Program-made: the position numbers and the translations under genes
Virus record (IMG/VR): IMGVR_UViG_3300042731_007874
Length of the DNA stretch: 64,000 nt
Reading direction: 5' to 3' (one strand)
DNA from: a virus
Part shown: positions 27,501 through 36,296 of the stretch, piece by piece
Layout: each line of letters opens with the position of its first letter
Position numbering within the stretch: position 1 is the stretch's first letter
Notes under the pieces: model-generated
Database searches by the model: none
What the model was told of the DNA's origin: nothing
Seen by the model: only the letters and a program-made list of their open reading frames with translations

Positions 27501-28968
27501 TAACGATCTGATTAAGCGTTCTGCTGTTGGAGAAAAAGAATTTCTAGAACAACAAAGACAAGCTCTTATGTCTGGAGAAACCCTCATGGGAGGAATGTGG
27601 CGTCATCCAACAACCGGACCCGAGTCTTTTCAGTTTGTTAAATACAAAGTAGATAAACAACTAGCAGATGGAATGGTCGCTGCTCCAACCAAATTTGGGA
27701 CCTTAGCTTTCAAGGGAGGAAGATCATACAAAGCTGATATTTCAGAAATGGTTGGTTTTGCTGGAGACTTTGATAGAGACCAATTTGTTTTGTCTGCTAT
27801 TGCGGAAAAAAATACCGCTAATAAAGTTAGACGAAATATAGATACAAAGATGAGACAGCAATATACTAATTATGTATTTAATCATTACGGGATGAAAGAC
27901 ATAATTGACCAAAAAGTTAGTAAAAGCGCAATCTTAGATACGTTATCCAGAGAGGCTCTTCAATCTGGATACAAAAAACTAACAACAGCCAAAACAACAA
28001 CTGGGCAAGTTAACCTTGCTCTTCAAAAACTAAAGATTGGGTTACAATACACTGCACCAGAAGAATACAGACCATTAGCGGATCTGTTCTTCCATCTAGA
28101 ACAAACTGCTATCGGTGGTAAACATGGTGTCTTAACCTCTGATTTGTATCAAGCTATTGCTGCATCCACTAAGGGAGGAGAACAAGGTCTTCGAACAATG
28201 ACAGATGTTTTGACTACTTTGTTTGGTGGAGATAAAATTAATCTTAAAGGACAAGTTACTGATTCTTTTGGAAATGTTACTTCTCATGCTTTTAACATGG
28301 ATCTAAAACAAGCTGCGCAAGTTGCGATTTCTTCTTATGACGCGGTTAGTCAAGATGTTGACATTGCGGTAAGAGCAGCCTCTATGGCAAAAGGAAAATC
28401 ATCTGACTTTGTTACTTTAAACAAACTAACAGAACAGTTTTATGCTCGACGACAAGGATCTATTGACATTGCCCAACAATACATGCAGGCAAATGCCGAA
28501 AACCTAGAGACTCTTACGGGTAAAACTTCTCGACTAATTCGCAAAGCAGAAGCTAAATCAAAGTCATTACTAAGTGCAATTAGAGCACACAAGAAACCAA
28601 TCTTGATTGGAGCAGCTGCGGCAGTAGGGATTGCAGCTTTGTCCCCAAGTGTTTCTGGTGTTTTAAGGCCGGTTACTCCTGTTCCCAATAAGAGAAGAGA
28701 GATTACAGCAGAACACATTACCCCTGAAGGCCCGCCAATGAACCCGCCGGAACCTGGACCTAACATTGCACCTAGAGTTTACGATTTTGGTGGCGGTGAC
28801 GAATCAATCCGTGCTAATATTAGAACTAGAATCAATGACTTACAACAATCAGAAAACTTCATGGATAAAGTCAAAGGTTTTGGAGGACAATCCTCTCTTC
28901 GAATCAAAGATGATCGTTCTGTATTAGATCCTCATTTGTTGGCAAACAAGATACATGAAAGATTGTAA
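24565..28968 (+). CDS. Putative virion-associated single-chain two-barrel RNA polymerase (1467 aa)
   Basis: Ordered motifs: EEGAISSS (493), LFLKERRRMQKNELWKFFSEENK (K601, K608), GQRLEAIQSGKLVGR, WRHP (R1013), AGDFDRD (D1068/D1070/D1072), bridge-helix-like TTAKTTTGQV, trigger-loop-like QTAIGGKH (Q1180, H1187). Confidence 0.75.
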   Translation: MPIDNRYYEERSPLWSLASASALAGGIGYSYIQGKEDFARALRAGSNDISESIISRAAQVSDFNVGSVMSSNIDEEFLRSNVLSMVGGPGIVKGNLHQAAYESLLATGTITNEEALLSLAEINKQSTPLDAYEAAMSVIRGKGDLDVFGNKIEEMTTAGEARLALLQDAVMPSSRYGVLGPRNVPFSELSATAQERFGSLKTNITEAAGSGFDINWKFRNVEDLIGGRSVTTPMAMLEISGERFAFPLDPSSKVVYGGKNLSTRYMTRQAYTTGGQLMNYADLAEATVVDAIRKSRNQQELKNNLFNAHKGLIENIWESDSAARSAAIWTPPEPVLTSGGRARARLTLKEAVAYNIPEEERIALLGENLYPFTSPNTAGKGTFVTANIREGLFGPLGNLITPEQRPTQFIRSEWGVTEAAKQAASPFRGTFGSAFDRVDRKVQGADYKALLYGTADPRSAKAYSAPQPLTFYARPGDKVGYQREALNNLLSAEEGAISSSARGMFEYEKLLQKKISLTSNLPLNKQLASKLEGVARGTFVPIEGIGAGAFLGTELETGRELALLADDAVAQSVIGAEITEEGQATLFLKERRRMQKNELWKFFSEENKYMLGLADDLKFREIAEAAGAELTIGGQRLEAIQSGKLVGRNQFSLLTQQIEAASVFAGNIIDSDVNNTVRRRIRNQEIQAFLADPAKALNVSGLMANREIDSAYAVQKNLIGLTKGWGFSEQEMQRTFGLMSSGHLEQMVSEGILSPAEQKSILSSSGVIGLGKGRLGDLASGNWGRGSFEQSGFRLLTAKGEEGAAFATELSKRILGKGELGAIAKMEESVLGQESFLKKFSKMTSTPISKIEDLVGETGRYVSLGRKFKAFGGSSRIYVPGTSEASGLLKPIISRGEEISAPLISELRSFQSLLKAGRPEEELESAAERLRNLVVQLSETQSAARGKVVGSEILTGVRRTFKEQSDTFRISQQSADRMFNDLIKRSAVGEKEFLEQQRQALMSGETLMGGMWRHPTTGPESFQFVKYKVDKQLADGMVAAPTKFGTLAFKGGRSYKADISEMVGFAGDFDRDQFVLSAIAEKNTANKVRRNIDTKMRQQYTNYVFNHYGMKDIIDQKVSKSAILDTLSREALQSGYKKLTTAKTTTGQVNLALQKLKIGLQYTAPEEYRPLADLFFHLEQTAIGGKHGVLTSDLYQAIAASTKGGEQGLRTMTDVLTTLFGGDKINLKGQVTDSFGNVTSHAFNMDLKQAAQVAISSYDAVSQDVDIAVRAASMAKGKSSDFVTLNKLTEQFYARRQGSIDIAQQYMQANAENLETLTGKTSRLIRKAEAKSKSLLSAIRAHKKPILIGAAAAVGIAALSPSVSGVLRPVTPVPNKRREITAEHITPEGPPMNPPEPGPNIAPRVYDFGGGDESIRANIRTRINDLQQSENFMDKVKGFGGQSSLRIKDDRSVLDPHLLANKIHERL

Positions 28969-31900
28969 TGCCTAAAGAGTTAATATTTCCACAAAGCATA
29001 GAAGAAGAAGACTGGGAGAAAGATGTCTCTTTAGAGATTGGGACTTCTTCTCCAAGTGGCTTAGAACTTGAATATGCCAAAGGAGCCGAAAGAGAAGACT
29101 TATTTGTTTCTTTTGTGGGAACTGATATTTTCCCTGATGATGTTATAGTAATTAATGATGTATATTTAGATAATATTCCTACAAGCGCAATAAAAATCCA
29201 ATCTAGCCCAGATGTCTTTGTAGCAGAAACACTTAGAACTAAATCTCCTATAGTTACCTCTAAAGGTAAACAAGATTTTATTTTAGATTTAAGTTTGGTT
29301 TTTAAGCCAGGAAAAGCACAACAACAAAAGCTTCATCGATTAATTGCAGAGCTGTCTAAAACTCCTTTTACATTTATCTTTAATAATAAAATTAAGAAAG
29401 CCTTGGCTGTAAAAGATTTTGAAACAACTTTATTTGTATTAGAATTCGGCAACTTAAGATCTGTCTCTGACGCTGTCGGAGTCGTTGCTTTAGACTTAAC
29501 TTTTCATTTATGTAACTATAAACCTTTCAGTAACCACTGTTATTATAATGCTCGTTTAGGAGGACTAGAGAAAGAAAAAGAAACGAAGGCCGAAGAGGTT
29601 GGAACCCCTATTGAGCTAGGAGGGCTACAAGGTTTTGAAGCTGACGAATATACAATAACGAAACATACAGAGAAGGTAAGAGCTAATATTCAAAAAGGGC
29701 TAGAGGCAACTAAATCTGCTTCTCAAGGTAATATTCCAGTTGCTTTCCCGTCTGAATCAGATGCTTGGATGTATTACGCCAATAGACTAGAGTCTCAAGT
29801 TCAACAAATTACAGATTCTCCTTCTGATTATATTGGGTTAGCTGTCCAAGAATATAAATATATTTCTCCTCCAGACGAAGCAAAAATAGGTAAGTCTTTA
29901 AAAGACTTTTCTTTTGATAATCCTCTTCATCCAATTAGGGCTCCATATGTTGCAAATAATCCAGATTCAACTAGAACAATTAACCAACAGTCGGTTGATG
30001 AGCTAACAAGCTTAGAGTCTGATTCGTCTATTAAAACAAAATTTATTAACACTAAAACAGGACAGAGTATTAGTGTTAAGTTACTAACTGATCAAAACGA
30101 ACCGTCTGCAGAAGCTGCTTATCAGCTAAGTAAATTATGGAGAGTAGGAAAATATAGCGATTGTGCCTATGTTCAATTAGGGTTAGTAGGGAAGTTAGCT
30201 TTATTATCAAATAGGTTCCCAGGAAGAACAATTCGAATTATTTCCGCGTCTAGAAAACAAAAGAACTTATCAAAACCGCCTAGCAAACATGCTATAGGTC
30301 AAGCAATGGACCTAACCATTGATGGTGTTCCAAATGAAGAAATTTTTGCTTTTGCTAAACAACAACATAAAACAGGAATTGGCTTTTACCCAAACTCAAC
30401 TTTTGTTCATATCGATCATAGGGAAAAATCAACCTATTGGATAGACTTATCTGGACCAGGAGAAAAGGCCAACTATGTTTCTTCTAATGATAGGGCTAAT
30501 TGGTTAAGAGATTACTATCAAACTCATAATGACATAGAAGAAGACACTGATGAAATAAATCATAAACCAGATTATTTATCTGAACTAAACAACTCCAAAG
30601 GAGGAGAAGTATCTAAAACTCAAGAAAAGATAGACAGAAAAAAAGAACAAACTTCTCCAAACGAATCTAGAAAAAAATCTTTAGAAGCTAGAGAGCTTTG
30701 GATTAAAGCACAAGAAACTGAAGGTTGGTTTTATTACAGCAAAGACAAAAAGATAAAGAATCTTTTCTTTCGCAAAATCGCAGCAAATGTGTCTGGAGAC
30801 TTTTCTGCTCAACAACAAGGACTAGTTCTTCCCAATATAGTTTGTTCTGCTTTGTCACTTTCTTTTGGACATAGAATTTCTCCTCTTCGTCTTGTTGGCC
30901 AACCGTACTATTCTTATCAGTTTTTAGGAGCAGGCAATAGAACAGGTCAAATTGTGTTTACTTATGCGGGAAAGACTGGTCAGAAATCTGCTGATATTAT
31001 TAAAGAAATAATTTATAAAGCCCAAGAGAACTCTCGTAAATTTGGCGCTTTGGTTAAAGAAGCAGGAGCGGTTAATGTTGCTTCTTTGTCTTATCTGACC
31101 GGCGATCAGAATATTTTATTAGCCTTGCTTGGTGTTGAGAATATCGTTGTGACAGGAATAGAAGATGCTTCCTCTCCGGATTCCGCTGATAAAAATCAAT
31201 TGCTTATTGAGTTTATTGTACAGGATTTTGCAGAAGAAACAATAGAAAAAAGATTAACGACCACACTTTCTTCTAAACAACGAATTATTAAAAGCATTAT
31301 GGGAATGTTGTCTTCGCGCAAAGCAGCTGGACTAACAAATGACATTACGTCAATTTACCCAAATCGATCTATTGCAAAAGTGAATTTAGGAACTGGAAGA
31401 GCTTATGAAGTCGTAGAGGGGACTCCTTCATGGGTAGCTAATATTGCAGCTAAAGCTGCGGAACTTTGCCAAGACATAAATAACAAGATGCCTCCAGTTA
31501 AATGGAGAGCAAATAAGCTTGCTGCTAAAACTTGGAAAGATAATTATTCGGAATGGGGAGCTGGAAATCTATTTAATGGCCGAGTCAAGAATATAGATTC
31601 TGAAGAGAAGAACGGAGCTGGACCAACTTTTGGAACTTTACCCGGTAAAGAAATATACGAAAGTGTAAATGGTTCTAGTAATGCTCCTTCTCCAGAGTCT
31701 ATGTATAGTGGAGTATTTCAATATGATGGCGGCTCAAAGACTAATGAAATCCACGAACGAGTCTTCTTGGAATGGCTCAGCAGGATGGATGTTTTAGTTA
31801 AAGAAGTCAACCAGTATGCGGCAGACGAAGAGAATTTCGAAAAATATTTTGGCAACATAGGGCTAGAACTACTAGACGAGGTGAGTGATTCGTTAGGCGA

Positions 31901-34900
31901 TTGTTGTTCTGATTTAGATTTACCTAATGTTCCTGGTGCACGAGTTCCTCTCCCCCCAGAGTTTTACTTTTATGATGATTCAGATGAAGATCCATTAATA
32001 TCTTCGTTAACAGATCGAAAAAATTTAGAAAGTCTTCTGCAACGTCATATATTTAATGAACTTCAATCTGTTCGTCGTTTTATGAAAGACTGCTTTCTAG
32101 GAGGAGCTTATCTGTCAAAGAACCTCCCTAGAATATTAGAGAACAGAGCTGTTACTGTTAATAACTTTACTCCTGAATTTAACTGGATGGGACACTTTGC
32201 CAACATGTTTGGCGAAGGCGCTTTTGCATGGGATCCAATCTTTTACAGAGAAGATCCTTCTATTGATAGCAATGCAGGAGTTTTATCTTGGAAAAACTTA
32301 ATTCAATCAACTTTAGGAGGAGGATCTCCTGAAGAGCAACGACTTAATTTTATAGACAACCTCGTTTCCTTAAGTGGTTATCTAAAAACAGATCGTCATT
32401 GGGAAACTCCTTATACTGATAACGATAAACAATCTATAGTTGAATCATTATATGGAGAAGCCTGGGATCGTATTACCTTTGGGCCAAACCCCCGCTATGC
32501 AAGTGTAGATACTATCTGGGACGGAAAACCAATTGATTCAAACACCTTAGCCGGTAGAGAAGCAGCCTTAGAAGACAAAGCAAAACGAGAAGCCAAGGCC
32601 AAAGACAAACAAATTGAATTACCCGGCCATAAGACAGTTACAAACAAAGGTGCAGTTACTGTTGGATCTCTTGAAGCCGAAGAACAATCCTTTGGAGACC
32701 AGTTTTTAAGTAATGTAGAAAATGCATTTACCGTAGAGAATCTAGTTGATAAAGCTTTGGGATCACTAGGGATTTTAGGTACTGTTATTTCTACTGTTGG
32801 AGATACTCTTTCTCAATTTGAAAAAGCTGGATATAGAAGTGTAGCTAATGCTCAGTACTTAGCTGCCTTAAAACACCCAATCGCAGATTCAGTAACAGAA
32901 GAAAACACACCAGAGACTTTGGCTAAAATGACTTCTGGAATTGCTTTAGGTACTAAGCGAAACGACTTAAGCTTTCGAAGAGCTTTTCCAACTCTTAAGG
33001 TTCTTTTTATAGAAGACGACTCTGTGGACACGAAAATCTCAGGAGGAAAAGTTGTTAGGGCTTTTGATGATTTCTATTCGTATTCTGCGATTCAAGAAAT
33101 AAGAGTCACTAGAAGCCGAAAAATGGCTTCAGATTTAGCCGTCCTTCGAATGACAAATATCGGAGGAAAACTTTTACGACATCGATTTGGAGAAGAAGAA
33201 TACAAAAAACCAACAGCAGCTTCTTCTGAAAGACAAGGTATTTTTGCAGATACTGAAAGAGAGAATCCGTTTGAGAGAATGATTCTACAAGATGGAGTAA
33301 AAGTTCAAATTCGTCTTGGATATTCAGGATCGGCAAAACAGCTAGAGACTGTTTTTCTTGGGCAAATAGTAGAAACTCAACTAGCAGAAGATGGGAAAAT
33401 CCTAGAGATTATGATTCAGGGATATGGGGCAGAACTAGAATCTATTGAGCTAGGTCCTCTAGAAGATGGTCCAGTCTTTTATTCTTCTCAGCAAGTTTTG
33501 TCTGGAGCTATAATTCAAGACTCAATCGCAAACTTTGGGAGACAAGACAGATCTAATCGATTTAATCCTGCAGAAATTAGAAATGCTTGGACTGGAGGGC
33601 AGGGCGTTGGCTCTATTGGTTCTTTTACTGGGCTGATTTCTAGCTGGGCCGACAACAAAATGGACAAGTTGTTGGCTAAATATACTTTTCTGAATTATCC
33701 GCAAGACGATAATATCTTTGCTCCTCCTCCTCAGTTGTATACTTCAGAATGGGATCGGTTTTGGAATAATGCTTGTATCTATCGGCCGCTGAAACAAACA
33801 CCTTGGCAAATCTTTAAAGAGCACGAACTGAGACATCCTGGTTATGTTTCTTTGGCTGTTCCTTATGGACATGAGCCTAGAATGACTATGTTCTTTGGGG
33901 CGAAAGGACAACATTACTGGGCGAGGCCGCCTAGTGCTTTAGAAGTTTATCTGTCAGAAAACGCGACTAATGAGATTATTAAATTAAGGAAGATGGGTCC
34001 TGAGAATGATCTTACCTTAAATGTGCAGCAGCGATTAAGGTCTTTAAGCTCGCAATCTCCAAATATCACAAACGCAATTATAGAAGATCTATTAAGTAAT
34101 GGTTCTCCGAACGCAGTAAATCTAGAGCTTGGCAAAATGTTTGGTCGGTATGTTCCATTTAGAAACTATCATTATTTTGACAGCGAGCACCATATCTTAA
34201 AAAACAACATAAGAACCTCAGTTGATGGTACGTATAATGAAGTAGAGTTATTGTTCTTCGAAGACGAGGATAAACTTCAAGATGCAGATGCTGAAGACCT
34301 GTCTCAGTCTATTGCCGAAATGCGAAGAGAAGAAGACGGCATGCTGTCTGTTAAGCTTGATGAGAATATCCCTGAATCTGCATTAAGATCCTATAGAGAT
34401 GAGTTTCCTTCTTGTGTAACTGTTGAAATGGCCAGAAGATACGCCCAAGGTATTTTTGCTCGATATCTTAGAGATACCTATAAGGGAGAATTAATTGTTA
34501 TTGGGAATGAAAAAATTAAGCCTTATGATGTTTGTTATTTAAAAGACAGTACTTGTGATATGAGCGGGCCTATTGAAGTTGAAGCAGTAACTCACATTTT
34601 TAATCGAGACAGTGGGTTTGTTTCTGTTATTACCCCAGACCTATGTGTTGAAGTAAACGACATGTTCTCTGTTAGTACTCTAGACTTGGCCGCAAGCGCC
34701 ATGACTTATGTATGGGCTCTGCCCCGATTGGCCATTAACGAGTCAGTTGGTTATCTTTCAGGAGCCTCTACGGGGGTTGAGTTCTTGTCAGCAACAGCAG
34801 GAATTAAATTAGCTTCATGGACTCAAGATGGAGATCCTGTTGTAATTACTCCTCTTACTTTGGGAGGCAAGCCTTTCTGCAGTACCACGTTTGGGCCAAA

Positions 34901-35072
34901 GAATACAACTTTGTTCCTTAACTTGTTTGGTCAATGGAAGCAATACAAAGAAGATCTGGCTAGTGCTTGGGATGATTTTGATTTTGGAGAAGCTTTCTTA
35001 GATACAAGATTAAGTATTAGTTCTAAACTACTGACCTTATTAGGGACAGGTGCTCAAGGTGGGGTTATATAA
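28968..35072 (+). CDS. Baseplate hub / tail-tip megaprotein (2034 aa) with an internal M15 (YcbK-like) peptidoglycan peptidase
   Basis: Tube/Dit-like and hub-like segments (AIQEIRVTRSRKMASDLAVLRMTN; GELIVIGNEKIKPYD...VEAVTHIF); Zn-peptidase motif H441-x6-D448...H481 (SKHAIGQAMD; GIGFYPNSTFVHID). Confidence 0.75.
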   Translation: MPKELIFPQSIEEEDWEKDVSLEIGTSSPSGLELEYAKGAEREDLFVSFVGTDIFPDDVIVINDVYLDNIPTSAIKIQSSPDVFVAETLRTKSPIVTSKGKQDFILDLSLVFKPGKAQQQKLHRLIAELSKTPFTFIFNNKIKKALAVKDFETTLFVLEFGNLRSVSDAVGVVALDLTFHLCNYKPFSNHCYYNARLGGLEKEKETKAEEVGTPIELGGLQGFEADEYTITKHTEKVRANIQKGLEATKSASQGNIPVAFPSESDAWMYYANRLESQVQQITDSPSDYIGLAVQEYKYISPPDEAKIGKSLKDFSFDNPLHPIRAPYVANNPDSTRTINQQSVDELTSLESDSSIKTKFINTKTGQSISVKLLTDQNEPSAEAAYQLSKLWRVGKYSDCAYVQLGLVGKLALLSNRFPGRTIRIISASRKQKNLSKPPSKHAIGQAMDLTIDGVPNEEIFAFAKQQHKTGIGFYPNSTFVHIDHREKSTYWIDLSGPGEKANYVSSNDRANWLRDYYQTHNDIEEDTDEINHKPDYLSELNNSKGGEVSKTQEKIDRKKEQTSPNESRKKSLEARELWIKAQETEGWFYYSKDKKIKNLFFRKIAANVSGDFSAQQQGLVLPNIVCSALSLSFGHRISPLRLVGQPYYSYQFLGAGNRTGQIVFTYAGKTGQKSADIIKEIIYKAQENSRKFGALVKEAGAVNVASLSYLTGDQNILLALLGVENIVVTGIEDASSPDSADKNQLLIEFIVQDFAEETIEKRLTTTLSSKQRIIKSIMGMLSSRKAAGLTNDITSIYPNRSIAKVNLGTGRAYEVVEGTPSWVANIAAKAAELCQDINNKMPPVKWRANKLAAKTWKDNYSEWGAGNLFNGRVKNIDSEEKNGAGPTFGTLPGKEIYESVNGSSNAPSPESMYSGVFQYDGGSKTNEIHERVFLEWLSRMDVLVKEVNQYAADEENFEKYFGNIGLELLDEVSDSLGDCCSDLDLPNVPGARVPLPPEFYFYDDSDEDPLISSLTDRKNLESLLQRHIFNELQSVRRFMKDCFLGGAYLSKNLPRILENRAVTVNNFTPEFNWMGHFANMFGEGAFAWDPIFYREDPSIDSNAGVLSWKNLIQSTLGGGSPEEQRLNFIDNLVSLSGYLKTDRHWETPYTDNDKQSIVESLYGEAWDRITFGPNPRYASVDTIWDGKPIDSNTLAGREAALEDKAKREAKAKDKQIELPGHKTVTNKGAVTVGSLEAEEQSFGDQFLSNVENAFTVENLVDKALGSLGILGTVISTVGDTLSQFEKAGYRSVANAQYLAALKHPIADSVTEENTPETLAKMTSGIALGTKRNDLSFRRAFPTLKVLFIEDDSVDTKISGGKVVRAFDDFYSYSAIQEIRVTRSRKMASDLAVLRMTNIGGKLLRHRFGEEEYKKPTAASSERQGIFADTERENPFERMILQDGVKVQIRLGYSGSAKQLETVFLGQIVETQLAEDGKILEIMIQGYGAELESIELGPLEDGPVFYSSQQVLSGAIIQDSIANFGRQDRSNRFNPAEIRNAWTGGQGVGSIGSFTGLISSWADNKMDKLLAKYTFLNYPQDDNIFAPPPQLYTSEWDRFWNNACIYRPLKQTPWQIFKEHELRHPGYVSLAVPYGHEPRMTMFFGAKGQHYWARPPSALEVYLSENATNEIIKLRKMGPENDLTLNVQQRLRSLSSQSPNITNAIIEDLLSNGSPNAVNLELGKMFGRYVPFRNYHYFDSEHHILKNNIRTSVDGTYNEVELLFFEDEDKLQDADAEDLSQSIAEMRREEDGMLSVKLDENIPESALRSYRDEFPSCVTVEMARRYAQGIFARYLRDTYKGELIVIGNEKIKPYDVCYLKDSTCDMSGPIEVEAVTHIFNRDSGFVSVITPDLCVEVNDMFSVSTLDLAASAMTYVWALPRLAINESVGYLSGASTGVEFLSATAGIKLASWTQDGDPVVITPLTLGGKPFCSTTFGPKNTTLFLNLFGQWKQYKEDLASAWDDFDFGEAFLDTRLSISSKLLTLLGTGAQGGVI

Positions 35073-35488
35073 TGCCTAGAAATCTTGGTGGAAGAACAGA
35101 GTTAGGTCGACAAATTAACAAACAATCGCAATCGATTGGCCATGTTAAAATAGATAAACTAAATATTAAAAGAGCTATTTTATATAAAAGCTACAATAAT
35201 ACTTATGTTTTCTTTATGAAACTGATAGAAGATCGTTCAATCACGCGACCAATCCCTCTATTAGGATCTGCAGATGAGTTGGCGATGAGGTATGGATCTC
35301 CGTCTGAAATGGAGAACCAATGGGAAGTCTCAATCTATTATAAAGGGAATTCTGTTAATAGAGGATATGCGCAAGTTGTCGGCAAGATAGGGAATACAAT
35401 TGGTGCTGTTATTGAGGAATCAGAACAATCTAACCAATTGAATATAAAAGGAACAGCATTCGCCCCTCCAGGTGGAGGGATGGTATAA
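35072..35488 (+). CDS. Probable OB-fold spike-base protein (138 aa)
   Basis: Follows hub; short beta-rich; precedes a small beta-helix-like gene and the gp25-like gene. Confidence 0.45.
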   Translation: MPRNLGGRTELGRQINKQSQSIGHVKIDKLNIKRAILYKSYNNTYVFFMKLIEDRSITRPIPLLGSADELAMRYGSPSEMENQWEVSIYYKGNSVNRGYAQVVGKIGNTIGAVIEESEQSNQLNIKGTAFAPPGGGMV

Positions 35489-35508
35489 TAAATTAACAAA
35501 GGAGTAGC

Positions 35509-35844
35509 ATGGGTACTAAAGTAATAAAATCAGAACCAGGATCAGATGCTGGGGTCGTTGTTTCTAATACTGTTGTAAGAGCTACAGTAAAAGAAGATAA
35601 AGGAATCATGGTTGACGAGAGAGGGATTACTATCAGCGGTCCTGTAAGTTTCGTTTCTTCGACAAGTGACATTAGGTTTGGTGGGCTGTGGACCATGAAC
35701 AATCCAATTCAGATGTCTTTACCTTCCACTTATGCAACACCTACTCCTACTTTAATGATCGATCCTCCAGTCAAACAACTAAAAACAATTATGGCTGATG
35801 CTGCTGTTATGATTGCACTACTAGGAGGTCTTTCTGCTCTGTAA
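35509..35844 (+). CDS. Probable short spike/needle beta-helix protein (111 aa)
   Basis: SD AAGGAG; repeating short beta strands (GIMVDERGITISGPVSF); position in the baseplate module. Confidence 0.45.
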   Translation: MGTKVIKSEPGSDAGVVVSNTVVRATVKEDKGIMVDERGITISGPVSFVSSTSDIRFGGLWTMNNPIQMSLPSTYATPTPTLMIDPPVKQLKTIMADAAVMIALLGGLSAL

Positions 35845-36287
35845 TGGCACAGATATACGACAACAACGATATGTATTGGAGTGCACGAGGTGATTTTGTT
35901 ATTAATCACGATGGTGATCTTGCTGATTGCCATGGAGATCCGTTAAGATCTATTTACCAAGAGATTAGGACAAGACTAGCTTCTGATCTAGGAGAGTGGT
36001 CTCTGCATCCAGGGATAGGGGCTTCTGTTGGAGATTTTGTTGGAGAGCCAAATAATAAAGTGACGGCAGAAGCAATTAAAGTTCGAATTAGATCTGCCTT
36101 AACAAGAGACGGTCTTGTAAACAGCAGAGATCTAAAGATTCAATATGCCCCAATAGAAGAAGATCAAATTATGTTTCGGCTTTCTTTGTCTGTCGCGCCG
36201 ACATTTGCAAATGCTGGTTCTAATACTCTTGGAATGAATATTATTTACAATTATTCAGAAAATAATATTTATTGCGAAAAATTTTAA
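35844..36287 (+). CDS. Baseplate wedge protein, T4 gp25/DUF2634-like
   Basis: IYQEIRTRLASDLGEWSLHPGIGASVGDFVG...IRSALTRD pattern. Confidence 0.8.
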   Translation: MAQIYDNNDMYWSARGDFVINHDGDLADCHGDPLRSIYQEIRTRLASDLGEWSLHPGIGASVGDFVGEPNNKVTAEAIKVRIRSALTRDGLVNSRDLKIQYAPIEEDQIMFRLSLSVAPTFANAGSNTLGMNIIYNYSENNIYCEKF

Positions 36288-36296
36288 AAGGACATT

